The translations under genes and the position numbers were made by a program. Source: Nemertoderma westbladi (lineage: Eukaryota > Animalia > Xenacoelomorpha). Taken from it: a stretch of 63,797 nucleotides of DNA. The notes below the pieces were generated by a model. That model saw nothing but the letters and a program-made list of their open reading frames with translations, was not told the DNA's origin and made no database searches. Below, one piece after another: positions 36,181 to 49,169 of the stretch (the stretch's first letter is position 1; each line of letters starts with the position of its first letter). The stretch spans positions 1-63,797 of the forward strand of contig JAUCBJ010000883.1 of the NCBI GenBank assembly GCA_032718475.1. Direction: 5' to 3'.

Positions 36181-39100
36181 CTAAGAGATGAGGACAAGGA
36201 TACAATTCAACAGTTAAGAAAGGATAAGAGGAAGAAGGAGCTTGCTTTTAAGAAGGACCGATCAGATATCAATAAACTAGCGCTTAATACATCACGCACA
36301 TCACTGGCTAAAGCTCTCCGTAACTCAACTCGCGCATATTATAGAGATTTTATAGAGGAAAACCACGGTAACCCCCGTGCCCTCTGGAAACAATTCAAAC
36401 GCTTATTAGGAAAGTCAAACTCACCAATACTACCTATAACCCTGGGAAACTGCTCAGATCTAGCGATCAAATTCTCTGATTTCTTCGTTGGAAAGGTTCG
36501 CAATATCGTAAAATCTTTTGACATGCATTGCGACTGGGTCAGAGTAAAACGCGGATCCGGATCAGGATCCGGATTCTATCATTTAACATTGTCCCTATGG
36601 AAGTCGACTGAATTTACAGTTTTAGGGTGTAATCTGCGGATCCGCGCACTGCTAAATTTACCGAATCCGTAACCGAGTGTAAAATGCGGATTGGCCTTTT
36701 TTTCAGATCCGGAACGGAGTGTAAAGCGCGGATTCATATTTTAGGCTAAATCCTGAACGGAGTGTAAAACGCGGATTCATTTTTCTACTGAATCCGGGAT
36801 TGGGTGTAAAATACGGATTCAGGTTTATTACAAAGTTTTATTAAATCCGGGAAGGGGTGTAAAACGCGGATTCAAGTTAATTACCATGTTTTATTGGATC
36901 CGGGAAGGGGTGTAAAACGCGGATTCTAGTTAATTACCAAGTTTTATTGGATCCGGGAAGGGGTGTAAAACGCGGATTCTAGTTAATTACCAAGTTTTAT
37001 TGGATCCGGGAAGGGGTGTAAAACGCGGATTTACGTTAATTACTAAGTTTTATTGGATCCGGAATGGAGTGTAAAACACGGATTTACGTTAATTATCAAG
37101 TTTTATTGGATCCGGAATGGAGTGTAAAACACGGATTTACGTTAATTACTAAGTTTTATTGGATCCGGAATGGAGTGTAAAACACGGATTTACGTTAATT
37201 ATCAAGTTTTATTGGATCCGGAATGGAGTGTAAAACACGGATTCTATCGTTAATTACTAATGTTTTATTGGATCCGGAATGGAGTGTAAAACACGGATTT
37301 ACGTTAATTACCAAGTTTTATTGTATCCGGAATGGAGTGTAAAACACGGATTTACGTTAATTATCAAGTTTTATTGGATCCGGAATGGAGTGTAAAACGC
37401 GGATTCAAGTTCATTACCATGTTTTATTGGATCCGGGAAGGGGTGTAAAACGCGGATTCTAGTAAATTACCAAGTTTTATTGGATCCGGGAAGGGGTGTA
37501 AAACGCGGATTTGCGTTAATTACTAAGTTTTATTGGATCCGGAATGGAGTGTAAGTAATTAACGTAAATCCGCATTTTACACCCCTTCCCGGATCCAGAT
37601 AAAACTTTGGTAATTAACCTGAATGAATCCGCGTTTTACACCCCTTCCCGGATCCTAAGTAACAACTATGGTAAATATAACTTGAATCCGCGTTTTACAC
37701 CCCTTTCCGGATCCATATAAAACTATGGTAATTAACTTGTAATCCGTCGTTTTACACTCCATTCCGGATCCAATAAAACTTGATAATTAACGTAAATCCG
37801 TGTTTTAGATTCCATTCCGGATCCAATAAAACTTAGTAATTAACGTAAATCCGTGTTTTACACTCCATTCCGGATCCAATAAAACTTAGTAATTAACGTA
37901 AATCCGTGTTTTACACTCCATTCCGGATCCAACAAAACTCGGTAATTAACGTAAATCCGTGTTTTACACTCCATTCCGGATTCAATAAATCTTGGTAATT
38001 CACGAAAATCCGTGTTTTACACTCCATTCCGGATCCAACAAAACTTGGTAATTACGAAAATCCGTGTTTTACACTCCATTCCGGATCCAATAAAACTTGG
38101 TAATTAACGAAAATCCGTGTTTTACACTCCATTCCGGATCCAACAAAACTTGGTAATTACGAAAATCCGTGTTTTACACTCCATTCCGGATCCAATAAAA
38201 CTTGGTAATTAACGAAAATCCGTGTTTTACACTCCATTCCGGATCCAACAAAACTTGGTAATTCACTAAAATCCGTGTATTACACTCCATTCCGGATCCA
38301 ACAAAACTTGGTAATTAACGAAAATCCGTGTTTTACACTCCATTCCGGATCCATTAAAACTTGGTAATTAACGTAAATCCGTATTTTACACTCCATTCCG
38401 GATTCACAAAATATATGAATCCGCGTTTTACACTGCAATACGGATTGCGTATTTCAGAATCCGCATATTACACTCAGTTACGGATTGTATGTAAATCCGG
38501 ATCCGCCTTTTACACTTGCAAATCCGGGTCCTGATCCGTATCCGGATCCGCGTTTTACACCTACCCATTGCGACTGCAGAAACTTACCGAAACTCTACGA
38601 GAAGCAGTTTGAGGAATTTTTACCCCTATCAGAGGCAGAATTGTCCAAACTGATCAAAAACATGTCAAGCGCATCTTGTGAACTCGACTGTCTACCGACA
38701 CCCTTGTTCAAGTCTGTTCTACCAATTATTATCCGGCCGCTGACAAATTACGTGAATCAGGTCTTGTGTAAAGGAGAATTCCCTAGATTTCTGAAAGTGG
38801 CAGTTGTGAGGCCATTACTGAAAAAGCCGTCGCTGGATCCTGAATGTTTGAATAACTACAGGCCAGTCAGTAATCTAAGTTTTATCTCAAAGGTTATAGA
38901 AAAAGCGATTATGTTCAGAGCCAACCAACAGTTTGCCTTTCACTCCTCCCAGTCTGGATACAGACAGAATCACTCGACTGAAACCGTGAATCTTTTCTTA
39001 CATAGTCAGTTCCTGAAAGCAATGGAGAACAAAAATATAACTATCTGTGCATATATAGACCTAAGTGCTGCTTTTGACACCGTTAACCACGTGACTCTTC

Positions 39101-40175
39101 TAAGTTAGAGACCGAATTTGGTTTCTCTGGGACTGCATTGAAATTATTGGGATCATACCTACATGATAGATACCAGCGAGTAAAAATCGAAGGGAGTACG
39201 TCTGATATGGTACTGCTAGAAACGGGTGTTCCACAGGGCAGTATCCTTGGTCCTACCCTATTTAATGCGTACATGACAGACCTTTTCTGGCGTATTGGCC
39301 CGCTTGAATCCAAATCATCCAATTATGCTGATGATACCCAATTCTTTGCAACTGGTAAACCTCAAGATTTTTCTACCATTAAAGATAAATTGTCAGTGGC
39401 ACTACATACTGCAGCATGTTGGATGGACAAGAATCACTTGCGAATTAATCCTGATAAAACAGATATAATTGTCTATGGGACTTCCCAGCAGTGCAAGAAG
39501 ATTCCTGATGATTCCCAAATTTTAAATTTCCGAAGTTTTAGAATTCCTTTCTCAAGCCAAGTTAAGTGCCTGGGTGTAGTTTTTGATTCGCATTTAAAAT
39601 TTAAAGAGCACATTGTGAGTACAGCAGCGAAAACTAAATACTACCTTCGCTCCCTGTACAAAATTCGATCGTATCTACCCAGATCCTCGCTTGAAACCTT
39701 AACACACTCTTTCATAACGAGTCGTCTCGATTATTCGAATGGAATCCTAAAGTCATCGGCTAAAACTGTACGAAGACGATTACAAACTGTGCAGAATAGC
39801 GCTGCTCGGTTGATCACTAATGTTCCACGTTATAATGTGATTAATGGCTGCTATGTTTACAACTCTGCTTCAGCAATGTTGAGATCACTACATTGGCTAC
39901 CAATTGAATCCCGAATTGACTATAAAGTAGCCTGTGTAACATACAAGTGTGTCTCGGGGAACGCTCCCTTATATCTGAGACTGGATGTAAACATACAAAC
40001 AGATTCGCGTGTTCTCCGCTCCAATGACGTAATCAAACTAAACGTCTGGAACTCCCTACCCAGCGACATGAGATTCTGCACTGGAGGTATTAACTATGAC
40101 ACCTTTAAAAACAAACTAAAAACTAGTCTCTTTTAGTATTTTTGTCCAGTTTGTTTAGTGTATTATTATTAATTA
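36181..40175 (+). mobile_element. 5'-truncated L2/CR1-group LINE (RT pseudogene) split by a foldback insertion
   Basis: 36181-36535 reads ..NPRALWKQFKRLL..FSDFFVGKV. It resumes at 38567 with NYRPVSNL, QSGYR, DLSAAFD, a frameshift at ~39100-39138, GVPQGSILGP, YADDTQ and LHWLP, then a (TTA)n tail. Confidence 0.9.
36536..38566. mobile_element. Foldback/Mutator-like non-autonomous element built from inverted arrays of ~52-bp repeats
   Basis: GGGT...ACCC termini; 9-bp TSD ATTGCGACT (36527-36535, 38567-38575); repeat orientation flips at ~37553. Confidence 0.88.
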
Positions 40176-40631
40176 AGTGACTGATGGAACAGGTATATAG
40201 GTACTGGTTGTTTTAATTAGGTTAGGTAGTTAGCTGAAGGCGCCCTGATAAGATCGCACTGATCCCTAAGGGCGCCTGCAATAACAAAAATAAATTTGTT
40301 TATTATTATTATTATTAATAGTCGAAAAGTATTTAAGTAATGACCCAAGTCGTTAAAAAATATATAAACGTTTAGATAATGATGATATCGCTCTACCATT
40401 TTATAATTGTAATATATTTTAACTTAGGGACCTAGTATTTCAGGTAGCCTTGTTTCAACTACAGTAATTTTATTGGACTGTCAGCCATTTATTGCACCGA
40501 CTTATTAAATCATGATTAATACGTTACTACACAGTATAATTAATTAACATGACAAGTAAGTTTCCCCAAGTTCGATAAATTCGCAGACTTTATGCTGCTC
40601 CATACACGGATGTATCTCCCCTCGGTATCAG

Positions 40632-40784
40632 TCAGTCCATTAGATCTGCCTCCAGGGCGTTCATGTGATCTTGCGTAGGCAAACTGTACCATCCTGTGTA
40701 ACCGTTGTTGGGTAGGTGATAATTAGGGTTACCATGGTTTCCAATAACCTTTTGTATTGTCTCTGACGACCACGTGCCAGCATT
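40632..40784 (-). CDS. Dlx: Probable Dlx terminal exon
   Basis: ttttag acceptor in phase 0; NAGTWSS...[11 protein letters not shown]...LMD*, with W and WY motifs like Dlx C-termini. Confidence 0.7.
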   Translation of the reverse strand, partial: NAGTWSSETIQKVIGNHGNPNYHLPNNGYTGWYSLPTQDHMNALEADLMD

Positions 40785-43700
40785 CTAAAATTATAGAAAT
40801 GTTTTTGTTGCTGAAAGTTGCCTGTTAATCTGGCATTCTCACATTTAAGATTAATTAATTAATTAACTTTGTACAAATAAACGCATTAATTTATAAAATA
40901 AAATACTGTAAAAGTAACACAGGATTGTACGGTGGTGATTTCCGGCCATTTACTACTTTTTTAGTATTTTTTCATTTTTTTCGAAAGTAGTTTTTTCATT
41001 TTTTTCGAAAGGAATTTTTTCATTTTTTTAGGAACGACCTATTCGTTACTGACAGGGACGTAGACAAAAAAATATGCCTACTACCAGACCGGAACACAGC
41101 ACTGGCACAGTGAAAAGGGCCTAGTCCCACGCAGTACTGTACATTACCACATTACACTAGTGTATATGAATAGGAAATGAAACGGAAAACCTGAAATCTC
41201 TACATAAAGAATGAAACAGATACTTTCGAAAAAAATGAAAAAAATCCTTACCCTTGAAAAAAAATGAAAAAAATACTTACTTTTGAAAAAAATGAAAAAA
41301 ATTCTTACTTTCGAGAAAAATGAAAAAAATACTTACTTTCGAAAAAAAAATGAAAAAATTTCTCGATAAAGTAGTAAATGGCCGGAAATCACCACCGTAG
41401 GATTGCTTTGATTTTACTTTTTTCCCGGCGAAAAAGTAAAATATAATTATTTATTACATGGGAAAAAAATTCGCATTTTTTTTTCATTATTATCGAGGCA
41501 TTTTATTTACCGAGCGCCAGTGAGGAATAAAGGGTCGAGAGAATATTGAAAAAAAAATTTTCTACGTTTTTTTCCTATGTAATACGTCATTTCATTACGG
41601 TTATTACATTATCGGTACTTTTTTGTAGCTAAATTCTGTAATAAAACATAGCAATATATACTACAGTACCGTAGTGTTACAAAATAAATTGAAATGCAGT
41701 ATTTTACTATATTGCTTCCATAGTTACTGCAATTCTAATTACTGTACTCTTCAACTCCTGATGCTGCCTTACTCAATGTTAAATAATTTAGTGTTCTCGA
41801 ATATTTATTACGTTACTAGAGAGCCGCTTAACTACATAAACCAATATTGGATATTGAGTTCCGTTTTGGTGTACGCCGCACAGACACTAAAGTTGCAATA
41901 ACTTTTGTGTGTGTGAATGAATTTTGCTCAAATTACTTGCAAATCTTTTGTACGTCGATGATCTTTCACCACATGTAATAAAATTCAAAAAATTCCACTA
42001 AAAATATTTTACTTTACTTTTTTCGCCGGGAAAAAAAGTAAAATCAATGCAATCCTATTGATTACTTTTTTTTCCTAGGGAAAAAAGTGAAACTTTTTCT
42101 CCCGATTTCAGAGTATATTCGAGCGAAAAAGTGACAATTTAAGAATAAAAATATTTATGGTGGAATTTCTTACTCAATATCCAATATTAGTTTATGTAGT
42201 TAAACGGCTCTTTATAGTTTACTCTTATAGTCCCTACTAACAGTAGCAGTTTTAGTAGGCCCATACTAATAGTAGCAGTTTTAGTAGGCCCCTACTAACA
42301 GTAGCAGTTTTAGTAGGCCCCTACTAACAACAGTAGCAGTTTTAGTAGGCCCCTACTAACGGTAGCAGTTTTAGTAGGCCCCTACTAACAGTAGCAGTTT
42401 TGGTAGGCCCCTACTAATAGTAGCAGTTTTAGTAGGCCCCTACTAACAGTAGCAGTTTTAGTAGGCCCCTACTAACGGTAGCAGTTTTAGTAGGCCCCTA
42501 CTAACAGTAGCAGTTTTAGTAGGCCCCTACTAATAGTAGCAGTTTTAGTAGGCCCCTACTAACAGTAGCAGTTTTAGTAGGCCCCTACTAACAGTAACAG
42601 TTTTAGTAGGCCCCTACTAACAGTATCAGTTTTAGTAGGCCCCTACTAACAGTAGCAGTTTTAGTAGGCCCCTACTAACAGTAGCAGTTTTAGTAGGCCC
42701 CTACTAACGGTAGCAGTTTTAGTAGGCCCCTACTAACAGTAGCAGTTTTAGTAGGCCCCTACTAATAGTAGCAGTTTTAGTAGGCCCCTACTAACAGTAG
42801 CAGTTTTAGTAGGCCCCTACTAACAGTAACAGTTTTAGTAGGCCCCTACTAACAGTATCAGTTTTAGTAGGCCCCTACTAACAGTAGCAGTTTTAGTAGG
42901 CCCCTACTAACGGTAGCAGTTTTAGTAGGACCCTACTAACAGTAGCAGTTTTAGTAGGCCCCTACTAACGGTAGCAGTTTTAGTAGGCCCCTACTAACGG
43001 TAGCAGTTTTAGTAGGCCCCTACTAACGGTAGCAGTTTTAGTAGGCCCCTACTAACGGTAGCAGTTTTAGTAGGCCCCTACTAACGGTAGCAGTTTTAGT
43101 AGGCCCCTACTAACGGTAGCAGTTTTAGTAGGCCCCTACTAACGGTAGCAGTTTTAGTAGGCCCCTACTAACGGTAGCAGTTTTAGTAGGCCCCTACTAA
43201 CGGTAGCAGTTTTAGTAGGCCCCTACTAACGGTAGCAGTTTTAGTAGGCCCCTACTAACAGTAGCAGTTTTAGTAGGCCCCTACTATCGGTAGCAGTTTT
43301 AGTAGGCCCCTACTAACGGTAGCAGTTTTAATAGGCCCCTACTAACAGTAGCAGTTTTAGTAGGCCCCTACTAACGGTAGCAGTTTTAGTAGGCCCCTAC
43401 TAACGGTAGCAGTTTTAGTAGGCCCCTACTAACAGTAGCAGTTTTAGTAGGCCCCTACTATCGGTAGCAGTTTTAGTAGGCCCCTACTAACGGTAGCAGT
43501 TTTAGTAGGCCCCTACTAACGGTAGCAGTTTTAGTAGGCCCCTACTAACGGTAGCAGTATTAGTAGGCCCCTACTAATAGTAGCAGTTTTAGTTGGCCCC
43601 TACTAACAGTAGCAGTTTTAGTAGGCCCCTACTAACGGTAGCAGTTTTAGTAGGCCCCTACTAACGGTAGCAGTTTTAGTAGGCCCCTACTAACAGTAGC

Positions 43701-46700
43701 AGTTTTAGTAGGCCCCTACTAACAGTAGCAGTTTTAGTAGGCCCCTACTAACGGTAGCAGTTTTAGTAGGCCCCTACTAACGGTAGCAGTTTTAGTAGGC
43801 CCCTACTAACAGTAGCAGTTTTAGTAGGCCCCTACTATCGGTAGCAGTTTTAGTAGGCCCCTACTACTAACAGTAGCAGTTTTAGAAGGCCCCTACTAAC
43901 GGCGTTAATTATTTTGAGGAATAAAGAAGGAATTTTTTTGGAATAAATTACTTTGCAGTGTTTTGACTATCATATTTGCAATCACTCAATACGTTGGTTC
44001 GTTGCTATGGGAACCGCACGCTGTAAAATGTTACCTTACACATAAGTATGTAGGCTAAATATTTACTATTGAAGCTACTGATGTGTTTACCTAATTATAC
44101 CAACAGTATGTAGCGAAATGTAGCTTATACTATAATAAACAATTTTGCACACAGTTTAGCTGTTTATTACAAGAAAATTAACTGACCACATTATCCATTT
44201 GCAATGGTGATGATGTTGCTATGGCAACTCCAATGCTTCCTCTCATTCCGGGAGGGTTTTGAGACTTCATTAGCTTCTTGAATTTGCTCCTTTTATTTTG
44301 AAACCAAATTTTCACCTTTGAAGAAAATAATAATCACATGAAAAAATTTATTTCGAATACGTGCGTTCACCTACCACTCAAAATTAATGTAAGAAACAAA
44401 TAAATAAAAATATTACTAAGCGAAAAATATTGAACTATTTAAAAATACTACTGCTACAAATATGTCACAGTTTACTTTCACTTTCAACTCGGGATATCAT
44501 GCACTGCTAACAATGTTTCATTTACCAGTTTAACGTTATGTATCTTTTGTTAATATATACAATAGATTTTGTGCGGCAACATTTTTACAACTTTATCTTT
44601 TACAACCGGTAGGCCTACCTGTGTTTGTGTTAATCCCAGTGACGCAGCTAGTTCTGCCCTCTCCGGTAGGGCTAAGTATTGCGTTTGTTGGAATCTGAAA
44701 AAATTAAACCATTATTCATTATGATGTAATAATTGCTATAAAATGTGAACGGATGTAGACTGTATGTACATTGGTACGAAATACGGAAATATTTGTCCAA
44801 TACAAATGAAACGCTACACTTCTGTCCGGTACGCAGCAAACTTCGCCCGCGGGAAAGCTTCACCCGGAGCAGCAATCTTCGCCCTCAAAAATGAGCAACT
44901 ATCGCCCGGCGGAAACCTTCGCCCGCGAGCAATCTTCACAACTAACGACTAAACAATTATTGTTTTGGTTAGAAAAAGCCGTCTCTGTAACCTGCTCCTT
45001 TCCCTCAATTTGTTACTAAAATGGTTACTAACACAAATCTTATCGGGCGAAGGTTGCTCGCGGGCGAAGATTGCCTTGCGGGCGAAGGTTTCCACCGGGC
45101 GAAGGTTGGACGCGGGCGAAGATTGGACGCGGGCGGAGGTTGTACGCGACCGAAGGTTGCACCCAACCCTTCTGTCCGGGTATTACGTTTGACCCAATAC
45201 CAATACTTTCAGGTACAACACATGTGTGTCCAAGTGTTACGTGTGTCCGGATATTACTCGCGTCTGATTTCTATTTTTCTCCGGGAACTGCAGCACTTTT
45301 CCGGTACTAATTGCCCCCTCCTAATTAATTACCTTCGATACGCTACATAAATAATCAAAAATCTAAGCCTAATAATATAATGATAACCAACGGCCAATAG
45401 TCCCCCTAACTAAACCTTTTATTGAGTATCTGGAGCTGCAGACTGCTGTATATAGTTCTCGGTTTGCGCATTTTCTTCCCTTTGTGGGATATTATATGTA
45501 GATTGTCGCTCTCCAACTGGGGTTCCATTAGTTTAGATTCGTAAGTTTGATCAGCACCTGGTAAGGAGCATCTTAACATTGTGTTCGCTTGTGTCGATGA
45601 ACAGTTACCAAACATTAAATCTATGGGAGACAAGAATGTTAACATTTTTATTCCAAACATCTATTTACTCTCCTTGTTTTTATGTCAGATAGGGGGGAAA
45701 CTGGACGCAATAAAAATTCATCCCTCTCCAGGGGAAATTCGACGCAAATAACAGCTGATTACATTCAAAAATAAAACTGTAACATGTTCTATTGTGTTTA
45801 GTTTATTGTTTTGGTTAAAATATCGTGCCACTGTAACCTGCTCCTTTCCCTAAATTGAGAAATTAACATTGAGGCGGGATATTAATTCGCCAAGATGGGA
45901 TTTGCATCCAGTTTCCCCCCTGTCTCTTTTACGGAATCAATTTAACCTTTATATTGGTGATTAAAATTTACATATAAGGCGAGGTGATAAATGTAATATT
46001 TATGGCGATACATTAACTGCTATGGTTGTTTTTTCTTCCTTATGGTGACCAAGCTATTACCGGCAAAAACAACCAACTCGAAGGATGTTACGGATGTGAT
46101 TACAGTTGATTAAAATCAACATTTCGAATGTCCTTATTAATTTTGCCATAATATTTTTAAGCCTAACTTTATATTTATTAGTATAGAAGTTTAATGTAGT
46201 AAAATTGTGTATAATTAAAAATTAGATATTACCGTCTCTGGACTGTGCTTGTGATGTTGTTGGTGGTTGTAGAGAATTGCTCATGTAGTGATAACTATGG
46301 GTTATATTTGTAATGTTAACATTAGGAGTTATAGGAGAACTCGGTACGTTGCCAAGTAGAGGGTTATAGTGGATACCGTTGTAGCCAATGGCGTGTCTGG
46401 AACCCTAGGTTGGGAGATAAATGTTAACAATAATGTTTAGGATATTTAATTCCCTCGAACTATTATTATTATTATTATTATTATTTACATCTAAGACTTG
46501 GTCTAGTTTTACTTTGAACTTTACCAATATCTTATCTTTTGGAATATCGGCTGGATTATCACAAAAATACGAAACTTGTTCCAAACCCCTTACACAATTG
46601 TTATGGATACATGGCAATAGTAAATAGTTTTTACATATAGACACAGAGGCCTCAAAACACACTTATAATTACATAAGGAAGATTTTCACCGGGAAAAAAT

Positions 46701-47260
46701 AGATTATTATATCTATATTAGACCTTCTTCCTTTCCCAGTGAACATGAGGTCAGTTAGATTACCTGGTATGGTGCTGCACTGGAGGGGTAGTGGGGGTGA
46801 TGTGGTGCATCTCTGTAGTTCCCATGGGGATGGTATTGGTATGGCTGCATTGTCCCGTACATAGATGGGACATTGGGTGGATGGTACGCGCACACTTGGC
46901 CACCCTGTAAATACAATTATTGATAAAATGTTATAACACTTTATTACAAAATATCATCATTGCTTAATGAAGCATATTACAGTATAACTATTGACAATTT
47001 AATATTAATATCAGCATACGAAATATCAAGTAATGTAAATGTGCAAAATGTTAAATTTGTTGACTTAGTTTATATATTTGGTAGAGACACCACCCCCTCA
47101 CCAACAACCCATTATCAACTCGCCCTCGTATCTAATTGGTCAGACTAACCGGAGATGATGGCGTGTACGACGATGATTGGTTAGCACTGTAGTCTAGGAA
47201 ACTGCTGAACTTCCGGTCTTCCATCATTGCATGGTTCGGCGGCTCTGAAAGAGAGGCCAT
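40632..47260 (-). CDS. Dlx: Distal-less/Dlx homeobox gene, 7 coding exons, about 328 aa
   Basis: Exons 47260-47150, 46904-46764, 46404-46233, 45620-45416, 44694-44619, 44315-44187, 40784-40632; GT-AG junctions with consistent phases; 987 nt. Homeodomain [23 protein letters not shown]|[25 protein letters not shown]|[18 protein letters not shown]-terminal KFSSFLDY, C-terminal GWY. Confidence 0.9.
40928..41399. mobile_element. MITE with TAC..GTA ends and a 6-bp TSD (IS3EU-like)
   Basis: ~32-bp perfect TIR TACGGTGGTGATTTCCGGCCATTTACTACTTT; GGATTG on both flanks. Confidence 0.72.
41400..42057. mobile_element. Second inverted-repeat element, with the previous MITE inserted in its end
   Basis: ggattgctttgattttactttttt..cccggcgaaaaagtaaa / tttactttttt cgccggg..gtaaaatcaatgcaatccta. 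Confidence 0.6.
42232..43902. repeat. 29-bp minisatellite (~57 copies) in the last Dlx intron
   Basis: Unit agtagcagttttagtaggcccctactaac, containing the hairpin TTAGTAGG-cc-CCTACTAA. Confidence 0.97.
44187..44315 (-). CDS. Dlx: Dlx exon with homeodomain helix 3
   Basis: [17 protein letters not shown]; donor GTG|GTCAGT. Without splicing the frame stops at 44178-44180. Confidence 0.93.
44619..44694 (-). CDS. Dlx: Dlx homeodomain middle exon
   Basis: [25 protein letters not shown]; tttcag acceptor, GTAGGC donor. Confidence 0.95.
44828..45168. mobile_element. Mutator-like MITE in the Dlx homeobox intron
   Basis: 9-bp TSD CTTCTGTCC; GGT..ACC ends; inverted TTCGCCCGCG subrepeats. Confidence 0.7.
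45416..45620 (-). CDS. Dlx: Dlx exon with the homeodomain N-terminal arm and helix 1
   Basis: [22 protein letters not shown] is diagnostic of Dlx. Confidence 0.93.
45686..45925. mobile_element. Short MITE, with a second copy at ~61171-61408
   Basis: agataggggggaaactggacgcaa / ttgcatccagtttcccccctgtct; colinear copy near 61.2 kb. Confidence 0.7.
46233..47260 (-). CDS. Dlx: Dlx N-terminal exons (three)
   Basis: [16 protein letters not shown]; [15 protein letters not shown]; [12 protein letters not shown]. His/Pro/Tyr-rich, phases match. Confidence 0.75.
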
Positions 47261-47359
47261 CGTGGAATTTATATTATTACCTGTAAAATAATGTTGGAGT
47301 CAATTTATAATTTGTAAAATATTAACATTGCTTTAATTTAACTTATTTTTATTATTAAG

Positions 47360-48225
47360 TTTTTCTCCCGGTAATTCAAATGGTCCTGATTTAAGGGGGG
47401 GGGGGGGGGGGGGGGGTACACCATTTTGGTCCAAAATATGTCAAAAAATTTTTTATGGTATATTGTAATGCACCATTGAATGGTGTTTCCAAATCTGAAA
47501 ACCGCTATTTAATAGCTCTTTTAGTTTTCAAGTTATGTAAATTTCCATTTACGGAATCCTATTGAAATTACTATTACTATGTATAATGAAAGGTCGATTA
47601 TCTCCAAATATTTTTTTCATGAAATTGTCAACTTCAAAACCCTACTACTTCTACAATTTTTGAGTAATTAGTCTGAAACTTCCTGTGGGTGTCTAGATAG
47701 GCACCCTGCATAAAAGTATCAGGCAACTTTTCGAAATTTTTTGTTAATAAAATTTAATACTATTTATAAAAAACCTAAAAATTTGCATAAATTTGCAGCG
47801 CCACCTAGCAGAGCAGAATTATTTTAACAAAATTTCGCCTAATAGTTATGTTGCCCCATCTTTGATCTATCATATAAAATAACTTTCATGTGATTAGGTT
47901 CAAAACTGTAAAAGCCTTAGGGTTTTAAGCGCAACCAAGTTTTTTTTGTTGTTAACTAGTATTAACTAATATTAAATAGCGAAAAAAAAATTTTTTCTGA
48001 CCTGTCATGTAGAATAGCATCTTAGGCACCTATATGCCAAATTTTAGCCAAAATCAAACAATTTTGAAACGCTGAGAGTGATAAATCGAAGAGTTGTCCG
48101 AAAATGGTGTACCCCCCCCTTAATCGATCCCAGTGGTTGAAAGGCTGAGAGGAACCTGGTGGGTTTCGAACTTACAACCAATAGCTTGCAGTTCCGGTGC
48201 TCAACCAACTTGGCTACCCCGCTTT
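47360..48225 (-). mobile_element. tRNA-derived SINE interrupted by the Kolobok-like MITE
   Basis: Minus strand: GTAGCCAAGTTGG (A box), GTTCGAAACC (B box), ctcagcctttcaacc..gggatcga-TTAA-atcaggacc. Confidence 0.6.
47395..48119. mobile_element. Kolobok-like MITE inserted into a SINE
   Basis: TTAA TSD (47391-47394, 48120-48123); TIRs GGGGGTACACCATTTT / AAAATGGTGTACCCCC. Confidence 0.8.
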
Positions 48226-49169
48226 CCATTTACATACGTTAAATTTCGAAAAAAGACCCAGTAGATCGGGAGATATAGAAATTTTTGGAATGTTCGGTAT
48301 TTAGCCCGCTAAGACTAGTAATGTTGTTCAAAAGGCAATTCATAAATGAAATATTCACTTACATTAAAAAGAAAAATGCTATTTTTTATAAAAAATGTAT
48401 GTGTAACGGACTACCGTTTTAGAGTGTTTCACGACTCAGGAATCTCTGAACACTTACACGCCGCCCATGAAATGTATTTCTGCAACCATATAAAGTGTTT
48501 TGCAGAACATAATTTGGTACTTTTATTACTAAAGATGACGCCATCGTTTTTCCGAATGTGCCTTCCAGTCGCTGAGCTTCTGCGACACACATGTACAGGT
48601 ACCATATGGTAGGTCTACTTCCGCCGGAGTCATGTTAACCCCCCCCCCCCCCCATATAGTACAGTAGTACAGAACACCCCCACCCATCAAAAATAAAGAC
48701 AAAACTGGGCTGCAAACACAGAACACTAATTTTTGTAGATTAATAAAGGGTTTATAAAGGAGCAGGTTTCAGAGAGATGTTCTAACTAACATACAGAATA
48801 CAGCATCAGTACCATAAAATCGAATGGTTGGATATACAGTACACACTGAAAGAAAGTGATCTTTAGATTTAAGCTGCATGCCTTAACTAATGTTTATTTT
48901 TCTAATTATTTGTATTCGATGTATAATTTAATCGATAATAATATTGTATAAATAAATGAGTTAGTTTAACCCGACGTATTTCAGTAATATTTAATTGTGT
49001 ACCCGTATTTATGAAATATGGTAAAATACTCACAGTTTTATATCGGAAATTGTGTCCTGTAATAACTCCCTGTAATGGTGATTGCACTCGGAATTGTTCT
49101 TGTCACGTAATCAACAAGATAATTTGATAAGCCAGACGCGAATAATTGGAGTGGGCTAGTTATGGATCC

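Noticed and set aside
44764-45350. Overlapping plus-strand ORFs in the Dlx intron
   Set aside because: They arise from GC-rich MITE subrepeats.
48150-48225. Functional tRNA-Cys gene
   Set aside because: A and B boxes and a GCA-like loop are present, but the stems are imperfect and it continues into a SINE body.
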